From: Octopus vulgaris
Taxonomy: Eukaryota
Length of the DNA: 64,000 nucleotides
Direction: 5' to 3'
Assembly: GCA_951406725.2 (NCBI GenBank)
Contig: OX597822.1
Location: 117,552,001 to 117,616,000 of the forward strand
Shown: in pieces, positions 15,352-28,910 of the stretch
How positions within the stretch are numbered: position 1 is the stretch's first letter
Layout: every line of letters begins with the position of its first letter
Position numbers and translations under genes: made by a program
The notes under the pieces: model-generated
Database searches by the model: none
What the model saw: only the letters and a program-made list of their open reading frames with translations
Told to the model about the DNA's origin: nothing

Positions 15352-15399
<48 letters not shown>

Positions 15400-15479
15400 A
15401 CAAAAATGCTTTCTACTATTGTTTCGGGCCTACAAGAGCCTTGTGGGTGGATTTAGTAGCAGAAACTGTAAGAAGCCCG

Positions 15480-15543
<64 letters not shown>

Positions 15544-15836
15544 ACACACACAAAATATACATATATATTCTTTTATTCTTTTACGTGTTTCAGTCATTTG
15601 ATTGCGGCCATGAAGGGTTTTGTCGAACAAATCGACCCCAGGACATTTTTTTAAGACTTAGTACTTATCCGATCGGTTTCTTTTTCAGAACTGCTTAGTT
15701 GCAAGGAAGCAAACACACTAGCACTAATTGTCTGGGAGACAAACACAGACACAAAGACACATACAAATAGAGACACATACAAATAGAGATACATACATAC
15801 ATACATTCATACATACATACATACAGGCATACATAC

Positions 15837-15875
<39 letters not shown>

Positions 15876-16144
15876 CATTATTGTTTTTACGTATTTTTGT
15901 ATTCTTATTCGTTCCCGTCCTTGTTTTGTATACATTCGAGGCTTTCCTCCAAGGAATCTAATGCGCTTGGCTTAGATTTTCCTTTGGGGCTGGCCAGGTC
16001 GGAGCAATCTCAAGATTAATCAGCCGAAATTGCGAGGATGATCCGGTTCGTGACTGAAGATTGAAGGCTTCGAATGTCCCGTCCGTGTTTTTTGTATCGT
16101 CTTCTAAATGTTTTGCGTTCTTGTCCCAGTTTGTATCTTTTTAC

Positions 16145-16190
<46 letters not shown>

Positions 16191-16921
16191 ATGGGTTAGA
16201 CAAAGGTGAAAGCGAGTAAAACAACAACAGCCCGTAGGATATTAGATGTGTATTGATATAAGTTAATGGCATAAAACACACAGATCGAAACCAGCTCAAA
16301 TCTGTCACAATCACTTGGGTCCAACGACACACAAGCCGTCACAAAATATCAGAGTTCAAGCGCAGAGCTGTTACAAATAGTTGAATATATATATATCAGT
16401 TCTTAAAGACAAGTGGATTTCCTTGATGGATGTTGAAACTCCAGCAGTTGCTACAGAAGCGAGCAAGCAAAACAAAAGGGAAGTCACGCATAGTGTTTTC
16501 TTCTTGTGTTGTTATTGTGCTTACGTCGGTAGTAGTAGTAGTAATAAATCCTTAAAGAGTGATAGAGTGGCAGAGAGGAAAGAGGAAGGAAGACAGAATG
16601 ATATTTTATTCTGCCTGTCATTTCAGCAGCAATTGAGAAAAGCAGAATAACACTTGATATTCTAAAGTGACCTGGTGATAAGCATTAGTCGTCTCTGGTC
16701 GTGGCCATCTCGTCAAACTCTCTTCACTAACTGCCTTTGGCTTGCTAATTTTCTGTATTTATAATAATCGCAACATAGCGAGAAAGAGAGACATATCGCT
16801 CTCAAAACAACGGGAATGAGAAAAACACATAAATGGCTTGTGACTGCTTGTCAACTACTGTGTTTCTGTGAGGAAGCAGTGCAGTACGTTAAAGGAAAAT
16901 ACTATAGATTCAGGTTCGAAT

Positions 16922-17095
16922 CCATATGCCTAAACGACGGGCTTTTTTCAGTTTCCGTCTACCAAACCCACTCACAAGGCTTTGATTGGCACGACGTTAC
17001 AGTAGAAGACACTTGCCCAAGGTACCACACTGTGGGACCGAACCCAGAACCATGTGGTTGGGAAGGTAGATTCTTACCACAAAGCCACGACTGCG

Positions 17096-17097
<2 letters not shown>
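16922..17097 (-). mobile_element. SINE family A 5' half
   Basis: Homology to 911-1075. Confidence 0.8.
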
Positions 17098-17136
<39 letters not shown>

Positions 17137-17299
17137 TAGCATTATGACCTGTCGTTGCCGGGTCATAGTGCTGGTGAATGTATATATGTGTATATATATG
17201 TGTACATATTACATGTACTTCTCTATCTATACATCTAGACATAAAATATAAAATACAAAGCTATATCTTGATATCGCTAGTGATAACAATACTCAAAAT

Positions 17300-17830
17300 A
17301 TATAACAGACTGGAATTGTAGGCTCGTCTCTTGCAATTTCAATCAATTGGATCTTGTCTTCCCTCTTGTATAGAAGTGTGGCTACAATCCAGCCTACCTC
17401 TACTTCAGGGGGGATATTTTAAATTTTTATCCGGCACGTCCTACGTCCCAGATATAATGGTAAAAATAAAATACTTCCACTTTGCAAGTTTCGAGTCGAG
17501 TACTTTCTTACATGCTCCGTTGACTCGAACCTTGCTTCTATTGTGGCGAATTTACCGCCTCTGGTTAGATATCTTTCATAGTCGCATCAAGATACTTTTC
17601 GATGGTGCTTTCCTCCCGGTGTTTAAATCTTTTTTTCTCTATATTGTATACTTTATAGACACTAGATTTTTCTTTAATTTAATTTTTTATTTCGTTTGGT
17701 GGTGTTATCCTAGATTCACCGTCTTTGTCGGTGATCAATCCGTATTTCTTCCATTTTAATTTCAATGAGTTCGCGCCCGCCGACGGCTGCAGCGAAATTC
17801 ATTTTTGGACTTTCTTCTATCGAAGGCACT
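17300..17830 (-). pseudogene. Second Tx1/L1-type ORF1 remnant
   Basis: Minus frame YLTRGGKFATIEARFES..ILFLPLYLGRRTCRIKI*NIPPEVEVGWI aligns by eye to ORF1 at 8344 (FISRGVKFATVWLLFES..IIFLPSYCGKKLTRAWVCGLPRGIEPEWI). Confidence 0.7.
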
Positions 17831-18499
17831 CTAACAAAAATGCTTCCGTGTAAACGATGAAAATATTGTCAATTTCCCCAAACAGGGACACAATTCAATT
17901 TTTGAACAATAACCAAAGCTCCTTCTCCCAAAGGGGGAGGGTTACAGTTTACAATTATTTAACAAATGCAACACAACAATGTTTCCTTTACGAGGAACCA
18001 ACAAACGTGATAACAATAGTTAAACAGTAATAATTATAACAACAAACCTTACGATGAGCCAGAAAGCAGTAAGCAGTTGAAGCTTTAGTCCTTTATGTAT
18101 AAGAAATAAACCAACAGGAGCGGCTGTTCGAGAAAACAGATATTACATACAGCCAAACTTCATATAGATACTTAATGCTAGCTAATTAGCAGATAATCTA
18201 ATGTAAAAGCCGTGCACACCTTCATCTGGACTATTCCATTTCTGCACGCTAATTTTATTTTTAATTTATTCCCATTCATGTGAAACCACTGATTCAAGTT
18301 CAAGTCATTGATGCAATTTTATACCAATTGCTATTTTTACTTTTGTTATGTTACGATTATATTATACTTTAGTTTGATTTTAATTATTACTTACTACATA
18401 TAATTCAATTGTTCTTATTATTTTTATTGTTAAAGTGAAAGCATCTGACATAAAATAGAGAAATGTTTTTGTTTCACTTTTAACACGTAATACTGAAAT

Positions 18500-18690
18500 A
18501 GTGGAGAAGATATGATATTGCTATGGGCTCGCTCTAGGCAAGAAGTTGAACATTTTTTTGCCCATAACACTACATGGACCCTAAGTAAGGCATGTGTAAA
18601 ATTTGAATGAAATTGGTTGTGTAGTTCTCAAGTTTTAGGGCAACACACAGACAGACAGACACACATTCTCAGTTTTGTATATATAAAGAT
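18500..18690 (-). mobile_element. Helitron/DINE-like non-autonomous element, 5' part
   Basis: Minus strand begins TCTTTATATATA..(TGTC)n, same architecture as the start of 36659-37037. Confidence 0.5.
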
Positions 18691-18727
18691 ATATAATCAA
18701 AATAAGCAACAAAGATATCCAAGGTAG

Positions 18728-18815
18728 TGTAGTACAATTGTTTCATGGGACTTCATTTTATTACACACTGTAAGTATTACATCAGTTTTAAAATGTCGAG
18801 CAATCTTCAGCCACA
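18728..18815 (-). ncRNA. Type I hammerhead ribozyme motif
   Basis: TGTGG-CTGAAGA-stem II (CATTTTA/TAAAATG; closing pair mismatched)-GAAA-CAATTG-TA-CTACA. Confidence 0.7.
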
Positions 18816-18841
18816 TATAGAATTTTTTTAACTAAACGGAC

Positions 18842-18877
<36 letters not shown>

Positions 18878-18949
18878 TGTATATATGTGCGTGTGCAGTG
18901 TGGTGTGTATGTGTGTGGTGTGCGTATGTGCGTATGGTGTGCGTATGTG

Positions 18950-19150
18950 CGTGTGTCTTTGTGTCTGTGTTTGCCCCACACCGCCGCTTGACAACCAGTG
19001 TTGATGGGTTTACGTCCCAGTAACCTAGTGGTTCGGCCAAAGACACCCATAGAATAAGTACCAAGCTTTGCAAAAAGATTAAGTGTTGAATAAAAATTCT
19101 TCAAGGCGGTGCCCCAGCATGGCTGCAGTCTAATGACTGAAATTAGTAAA
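18950..19150 (+). mobile_element. SINE family A 3' half
   Basis: Homology to 1120-1320. Confidence 0.8.
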
Positions 19151-19709
19151 AGACAACAGATTTTCGTGCTTAATTCCTAGAAAAAAAAAAGATATTTCAA
19201 TGTAGAAGAGAAGAAACTGTGCAGGCTCTGATATTCCCAAAAGTCTCATTCGTTGGTCTGATGGTTGTCTTGTATGTGTTGTGGGATCCTTAGGTAGAGT
19301 TCTCTGACACAGCTGTAACATTACTGGAAATAAATGACGAAAGAAATTGGAAGTTGTGGAGTTTAAGTTGTTCGAAAGGTGAGAAGGAACATATTTTGGA
19401 GAATCGTATCGGTGACCCTCCTCACTATCTTAGAAGGGTCAGAATTAAAACAGATTTACTGCTGACAGTTGGACGTTTGGCAATGGTGCTGTTACAACCT
19501 GTTTATTCTCGAACGATGTCACCCAGTTGGCTACGCGATTAGGCCAATATTTCCTCTGGTCAGAAATACGTGTCTTTCCCTGGTCGGAGTACGTGAAATG
19601 GTTGGAATACGTGGAATGAAGTGCTTCGCTCAAGAACACAACATGCAGCCGGTTTGAGGCTCGAAACCATAATATGGAGAATGTGATTGCGATACGCCTA
19701 ACCACAAGG

Positions 19710-19784
<75 letters not shown>

Positions 19785-20411
19785 AACACACACACATATA
19801 CATATGGATTTGGATATATTTATGAGAAAGTAATCACGTGTGTGTGTGTGTTTGTGTTTGTGTGTGTGTATGTGTGTGTATGGTAGTATATAGTATACCA
19901 CCACATCTTCATAAATATATAGCTCTCAGCAATGAGTTTTTTATGAAGATAAGTATTGCTCCTCAAATACATCTTAAAGATGAGGTCATCGATTAACATT
20001 ACACACTTCGACGTCTTCCTCGAGCATCCATTCAGACAATAAAAACAAGGCAAATTAAGAGAACTGTTTTATGCGGAGGTCACTGTTTTATTGCTCGATT
20101 ATCGTTGGGTTTGTTATTCTTGTAAATCGACAAAAACATTCAATATATTTCTACAAAGGTATCGACTTATTTCTTTAACACACGCTGTGATGGCTAAGAG
20201 AGAAAGAGTAAGACAATATGATGCCGATAATATACACACACACACATATATAAAATAATATGTGTGCATGTTTGTTTGTACGTACGTGTGTATGTATGTA
20301 TGTATGTATGTATGTATGTATGTATGTATGTATGTGCATGGGTGTGTGATATGCGGGAGTATAACCGCCTTGATGGGTAAGAAAGAAAGGAAAATATATA
20401 TACATGTGTGT

Positions 20412-20471
<60 letters not shown>

Positions 20472-20548
20472 CATACACATATATTCAAGGTGATGCTCCA
20501 GCATGGCTACAGTCAGATGATTGAAACAAGTAAAATAATGAACTAAAA

Positions 20549-20587
<39 letters not shown>

Positions 20588-20645
20588 TATAGTCATACCT
20601 AGTTTATCATCAATCTCACATCTTTTTTATTTTTCGTTCTCTTCC

Positions 20646-20677
<32 letters not shown>

Positions 20678-20772
20678 TATAGATAGATAGATAGATAGAT
20701 ATATATATGGGAAGAGAACGAAAAATAAAAAGAAGATGTGAGAGAGAAGAGGATAAACTGGGTATGACTATA
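20588..20772. repeat. Inverted repeat (~60-bp arms) around (TA)n/(TAGA)n
   Basis: TATAGTCATACCTAGTTTATC..TTTTTCGTTCTCTTCC vs GGAAGAGAACGAAAAA..GATAAACTGGGTATGACTATA. Confidence 0.85.
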
Positions 20773-22274
20773 GATTTCTATATGGAAATGCGACGTATTG
20801 GAGCAGTTTGATTGGTTTAACTGAATTATACTAGAATCTAAAATCGACGTATCGTCTGAATAAGTCAGATAAAGTAGATTAAGAAATTTCTAGAAATCAT
20901 CAAGCAAACGTCAAAGGATATCTTAGAAAATATTTATATTTTCATGAGTAGCATTTCTTAAAAACAAAACAAAACAAAGAAACGAATAGCAAAAACAAAA
21001 GACAAGAAACAATATGAGTTGGTTCTCTTCAGATTCAACTCAGACTAATCTAAGATACCTACTTAATGAAATCTCGACAGAGTATTATCAAAATCTTTAT
21101 ATATACTGACGGACTTATACACACGAGTACACGCATGCTTATGCGTCCATCACTAAAATAATCTCATTTATTTTATATCCTGTGAAATTTCACGGTTGAC
21201 TTGAAGTTATCTTCTTCGATTCCATAGGTATATGTTTCATATACGTATAAAAGCGATAGCTTTTTAATCACTCTTATCTATTTTAAGGAATGTCAATCCT
21301 AATTTAAACTTCATATATGAATTTATTCATTTCTCTTTTAATAAACTGCGCCCTAGTTCTGAAGGGCGATGTTAAAACTTTATCAATTTCAATAATCTAA
21401 ATTGTGTAGACTTCTTAGATGTGTCAATAATTTTACGTGACATTCTCTCAAGTCTAATTCCATCATTTTAGCTTTGATTAGTCTAACCTCGTATCACTGC
21501 CCTACCAATAGCATTAGTCTCCAAATTGGTTAGTGTTGCTGTCATTCAAGACATTAATATATGCTGATGCCTTTTATAAGTTTGCTCCGAAGAAAAGAGC
21601 TGAGCTCATAGCCATTATAATCGCTCTGATACGGTGAAACTGACGCGATTAATGTAAGAAAAAAACAAAACGAAAGACAAAAACAAAATCATGGGCAACG
21701 AAGTAATTCCATTGGGGCAAGGCATTCTGGAGAAGAAAATCAGGCATAGCGGTGTGGTGAGGTGAGGGCAGAGGTGATGGAGTGACGAATGAGACGAGTC
21801 ATTGAATGGAGGCGACACAAGACCACCAGCATAATTTTCATTTATGGCTGATGATTTTGGTATATGTTGTTGACTAAAGTGACTATGCACCGGACTGCTA
21901 GCACATAAGTTCAAATTTCACAAGCCATCAATAGCATTGTAGTTTGTCCACAGCCAAAATACTGTCAACTTACTTTTAATTGTTGTTTAATAGGAGAGTA
22001 CGAAATTTATCTTTGCAAACAGTGGGAGCACTAAGCAACTTTAAATCCCTACTGTCTCATTAACTTTCAGCGCTGATATTAAACCAAGCAAGGAAATAAC
22101 TTAGGAAGAAATTGCACGCGCCATATTGATCTTGCCTTTGGTATTCTTCACGAAGACCAGCTTGTCAGTAAGAGCTGAGAATTCAGTGGCTATAATTACT
22201 CTCCATTGGTACCATAGCACTATCATATTCAACCAAATAACAGTTATGAAGTACTAGGTTATCGATATATATTT

Positions 22275-22720
22275 AATGTAGGATAAAATGTTTTTCGAAA
22301 AAAAAAATTTATCAATGGCCAGCATATTAAAAAATACCTTTAAAGGTTAAATTTACAAACAACTTATAAATAAGGGCAAATGAAAAAATTCTAATGCCAA
22401 ATATGCCGAAATTAGACACTTTGTCCATAACCATATAATTTTTCACAATACGCACGCTACTCAAAAAAGGTCGACAGAAATTTCTAAAAAATTCCATTAT
22501 TACCATATCGAACCGATTTCAGGGTTAGTTCATAAGAACCCTCCCTTCATCAGTGATAAATGTGACAAAGAAATAAATGAGATACTTACTCATACCCATG
22601 GAATTTTTTAGAAATTTCAGTCGGCCTTTTTATGAGTAAAAAATTATATGGTTATGGACAAGGTGTCTAATTTCGGCGTATTTGGCATTAGAAATGTTTT
22701 CGTTTGCCCTTATTTATAAG
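22275..22720 (-). mobile_element. Penelope-like repeat with inverted partial duplication (arms 22363-22497 / 22597-22720)
   Basis: Inverted arms, internal hammerhead, second family member at 56123-56432. Confidence 0.7.
22500..22559 (-). ncRNA. Type I hammerhead ribozyme, intact core
   Basis: TTATCA-CTGATGA-AGGG..GTTC TTAT GAAC..CCCT-GAAA-TCG GTT CGA-TA-TGGTAA. Confidence 0.85.
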
Positions 22721-22750
22721 TATATATATATATATATGTGTGTGTGTGCG

Positions 22751-22813
<63 letters not shown>

Positions 22814-23894
22814 ATATATATATATGCACCTCATTGTGATATATTTATTGCTTTGTTCCTAGAAAATATACGATAGGTTAGACATCACATTTTCTGGTGG
22901 AGTTGAAAATTGTCTTTTGGAAGTTTTCTTCGAGATTCATTACAGTTTTCATTCGTAACTGAATCGAAGGTTTTACGAATAACCCAACTTATACTGGGAA
23001 TACAATTGTCCGTTCTGGAAGTTGTGGCGTGAAAACAGGTATGTTATAACTATACCATCAGATACTTTTAGAACATTCGAATATTTCTAATTAATCCGAT
23101 TAATTAATCACATTCAAGTTGTCTAATTAATTTTGAAATAAGAATGCATTACAACTCTTTTGTGACATCAAAATAAACGAATCAGTTGTGAGGTCAAAGG
23201 TTTCTGATGCACAATATTGAGAGACCATTTTTTTCGTGTGCAAATTAATATTCACTTCCTATATAGACAATATGGGGCATATATTTCATCAATTATTTTG
23301 CTATACACATAAGAATGATCGATTGTAATATATCTGCCAATATTACACAGATAGCTAAAATGTAATCTTGTTAAACGGGTAAAGAGACGCAACGGAGTTA
23401 ATTCACTTTCAAACATTATTACTGACATACTTTCAACTGATAAAAAGAATACTATCGATTGCATAATCAATAAAATTATCACAATAAAACTAATCAGATC
23501 TTAGAAAAACATTTTTATTAACAGGAATATTAAGTATTGGTATAACTTATATAATTCTGAATTTTCTAAATTCTGAACGATATAAAAAAGATGTGATGAT
23601 CATATTACCGAATCAGGTACCTAGTTCAGTAATAGTTTCCATAAGGTGTTTTTGTAAAGACAATATTGTTTTTGTTATAGATATTCTATACTCGCTTCAT
23701 ATGCAACACTCTTCTGGAATCATCGATAATGATAAAAAATGATGACCGCAACTGTAAAATAACGGAGAAAATATAACTCAACTACTGAGTGGTTTCCATA
23801 ACTCGTTCAAGTTATTTCAATAAGTTAATTAGAAGAGGAAGGGGAGGAATCCAGCCAAAGCAACTATAGGTCAATATCTGTAGGACAAGCATGG

Positions 23895-23957
<63 letters not shown>

Positions 23958-24635
23958 GAGAAAGAGGGAGGGAGAGAGAGGGGAATTTTATTTCTTTTAT
24001 ATCTTGTGCAGGTTCATGATTGCATCAAAGTTATTTTCCACGATTGTATCGGTAAATGTTTCACATATGAGTGATCGATCTTTAGCTCCCTGTATCTATT
24101 CTAAGAGGTGTTAATCCTAATTCAAATTTCATATCTAAATATTTAATCTGAAATTATAATTAATAGCTCGCCCTTGCTCATGTGGGTGAGACCAGCGACC
24201 GGAAAGCATCAGCAGAATATAGAACGACTCGCATGAAGTAATGTATGGCCGGACTTGGATTCTTGAGGAGGGAATGCAACTCCTTCATTCATTGTCTACA
24301 CATGATCACAATATCTGGGGCCCTTAAAAATGTACAAGGCGTTCTTAAGATTTTAACTGTGATGAACAAGCAATATACTTTTCTTCACAACCTTGTTGCC
24401 AAGCAGGTGGTGGGTGAAAGCTGACTTTAGATTAAAAGGAGTAAAAGAACATACCTGTACAGGTAGAAAGCTAGATACATGCATATCTGTACCTGTGCTT
24501 ATGTATGGTGTATCGACAGGAATACATACATACATACATACGCACACATAGACATAGATTTTACAAGGAAAAGATTGACAGTGACTTCGAAGGTTCGATG
24601 TATACACAGACACACACACATTATATATATATATG

Positions 24636-25392
<757 letters not shown>

Positions 25393-25531
25393 GAATGTGT
25401 ATATATATATATATATATATAGGTATATATATATATATATATATGTATGTATAAATATATGTATATATATATATGTATATATATACATATGTATTTATAC
25501 ATATGTATATATGTATATATATATGTATATA

Positions 25532-25577
<46 letters not shown>

Positions 25578-26728
25578 AATATGTATATATATACACACAC
25601 ATAAATATATGCATATTAGCTTTGTACGTGTATATAAAGTTGACAGTATGACTTTCATACATACATGAAACGTATTATCGATATTGGCAAAAGCTAAACC
25701 GTAGTTGAACATTAATGAACATTGATAAATGTATATAAAACTGTGTCACGGTCTCAGATTTTCGCTAACTTGTCTGACGATTGTAAAACATATATAAAAT
25801 ATTGTAGACATAAAACCCAAGTAAAAGAAAATCTAACACAAAATACTCTTTCCCTTTAAGTCAAGTGATCTGACAAACTATTTTATATTGAATATGTATC
25901 ACTAAAATTATTTCCCTCTGTTTTTATACAACACCATGCTCTTGTTTTTCAGACTGTCAGGTCAACATTAATTAGCGTTGTTTTTAATTTCACCTCTTGT
26001 CAACAACAGACGCTCGAGATAATTTTAGCATTATTGTACATCTCGGTCTTGTCGTAAAACACACTAATGTCTTATTTAACCTTGAAGCAAACAATTTCTC
26101 ATTTGGTTTCATTTATCAATTTGATTAGTTATTGATTCGTATCTTTCCAAATAGATCTCATCCCTTCACAACATGAAAATAATTATAGTAATTAATGTAG
26201 TAACGAAGACTTACATCTATTGTCAATTAGGATTCTTTTTTGCAAATAACGCTCTCACCTATTTTCGTCTGAATGCATCAAGATTAAATGATAAGGAAAG
26301 AAAAACAAAGGAGATAAGTTTTACTCATGAATAATGAGGCGTAGGATATAAGATGTCATTTGTTATTTGTTATTTGGTGACCGTATCACATGAGTTCTGA
26401 TAGCATCTGCATATGCACGCGCGCAAGCACACACACACACACACACGCGGTGAGGGCATCATGAGTTCTGAGAGTGTGTGTATACGCACACACACAAGTG
26501 GTTTAAAATTTACGACATCTGTTTCGGTAGAATTTTATTGATGTATTCATAAGCATATAATCCACCATCTTCAGGTAAAATTTTAAACAGGTAAAATAAT
26601 ACCTCGATGATAACCAGTGAGGATACAATCAATGTTGCACCTACTCGTTTCTCGCACCCGACATGATGATGATGTGTCTAGATTCTAATGAATCCTATAA
26701 CTAATCTCTGTCTGTCTGTCTGTCTCTC

Positions 26729-26773
<45 letters not shown>

Positions 26774-26876
26774 TAAGCAATTAAGGGTTTAGCAACGAAT
26801 TGCCTCACCACACATCGAATTTAGAAATAGCAGTCAAAGAGTTATAGCTATTCTTTCTAATAAAAGGGAGATCTCA

Positions 26877-26926
<50 letters not shown>

Positions 26927-27063
26927 TTTCAGCGTGGAAGGTCTTTATAAGCCATTTAAAAACACACAAAAACCGTTAGATTCACTTCAGCATTTAAATT
27001 TATATTGGTAAAATATTTTTATCGCTTTGAAACCGCGACCTGTTCATTGACAAAATTCTGTGC

Positions 27064-27114
<51 letters not shown>

Positions 27115-27215
27115 GCATTTATACGTATATACACATATACCATTTAATACACACAGTATTTTATACATATATATTGTTGGCATCCTTTTTGTCTCGGGAG
27201 ACAATGGAGTTGCGC

Positions 27216-27249
<34 letters not shown>

Positions 27250-27554
27250 GCATACACACACATATACACATGCATACGCATGCATACATACATACACACA
27301 TACATACGTACATGCATGCATGTATAGGCACATACACACACACTGACCCACACACATGTGCACAAACAAACAAAAAGGAACGCAGTGTAAATAACGGACA
27401 GAGTCAGGACTATTGAAAAGGTTGCAAGACACAACGAAAATTTTAGGAAAATAAAAATAAGTGGAAATTTTACCTGTGAGTGTGTTACATTATAAGGCAC
27501 AAAAAGAAAATGACTCTCCCCAGACACAACAGTATATGTATGTATATATATATG

Positions 27555-28190
27555 TATAATAAGATGAGAAAATAGAAAGGTAATTAATAAATAATTGTTA
27601 TATTTCGGAATGGTCATTTTGCCAGTTTAGCCAATAAAAACACACGCACTATATATTTGGTGCTATTTTGCTTCAGTGTTATTTATTTTTTTACATTAAT
27701 CTTAATCTTATTTAAGCCAGAGTTCTTTCGTCACACTCCTTTGTTTTCTTCTTTCTTATTTATTTCTTATTTATTTCTTATTTATTGTGTTTTTATTGGC
27801 TAAACTGGCAAAATGACCATTCCGAAATATAACAATATCTGTTTCAACACACGACTTCACATAAAAAATCTTGCACAACAAATATTTAAACGTAATAAAT
27901 ATTTCTTATTTATTAAAAAATTCACTAACATTCCTTACTGCTATATCAATTCAGGGTCTTAAAAATTAATTAAGTAAATTAAAAATTATTTGAAAGTAAG
28001 TCGAGTCTCTTCAGAGGTATACCTTTATATACCTCTGAAGAGCCTCGACTTACTTTCAAATAATTTTTAATTTACTTAATTAATTTTTGAAACCCTGAAT
28101 TGAAATAGCTGTAAGGGATGTTAGTGAATTTTTTAATAAATAAATAATAATTTACTAATTACCTTTCTATTCTCTCATCTTATTATTATA
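27555..28190. repeat. Nested inverted repeats (outer arms enclosing two hairpins), Penelope-like
   Basis: Outer 27555-27592/28146-28190; inner 27593-27643/27786-27836; ~240-bp palindrome 27905-28145. Confidence 0.85.
28032..28116 (+). ncRNA. Type I hammerhead motif, degenerate stem II (inverted copy at ~27926-28015 has GATA for GAAA)
   Basis: CCT-CTGAAGA-...-GAAA-TAGCTG-TA-AGG. Confidence 0.55.
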
Positions 28191-28548
28191 ATAAATATAA
28201 TATATATTGGCGACGGTTTATATAGTTATCTTGCAGTTGAGGTTTAAATATGATGTTCAATAATCTTTCTATAATTGCAAAACATATATAAAATATATAA
28301 AATATTGTAGACATAAAACCCAAGTAAAAGAAAATCTAACACAAAATACTCTTTTCCTTTATGTCAAGTGATCTGACAAACTATTTTATATCGAATATGT
28401 ATCACTAAAATTATTTTCCCTCTGTTTTTATACAACACCATGCTCTTGTTTTTCAGACTGTCAGTTTCATTGCATTTTGCTCTTCCTGAATGAAGTTAGT
28501 AACCTTTAATTGTGCTTTTGTATACATATATATATATATGCGTGTGTA

Positions 28549-28608
<60 letters not shown>

Positions 28609-28649
28609 TAATATGTATATATATATATATATACATACGCATGCACAGA

Positions 28650-28702
<53 letters not shown>

Positions 28703-28746
28703 TATATGTACATATATATATATATATACATACGCATGCACAGACA

Positions 28747-28804
<58 letters not shown>

Positions 28805-28910
28805 TATGAATGCTTATATTAGTACTTCTCTAATATTGAAGCTCAATTTTCAATGATGTTTTAAGATAAAAATAATTTTCTCGAGTTATTTTATATGTAA
28901 CAATTTATTA

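Larger units (their letters stand above)
25780..28464 (+). repeat. ~180-bp direct duplication (25780-25960 and 28274-28464)
   Basis: Near-identical copies ATTG.AAAACATATATAAAATATTGTAGAC...TTTTTCAGACTGTCAG. Confidence 0.9.
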
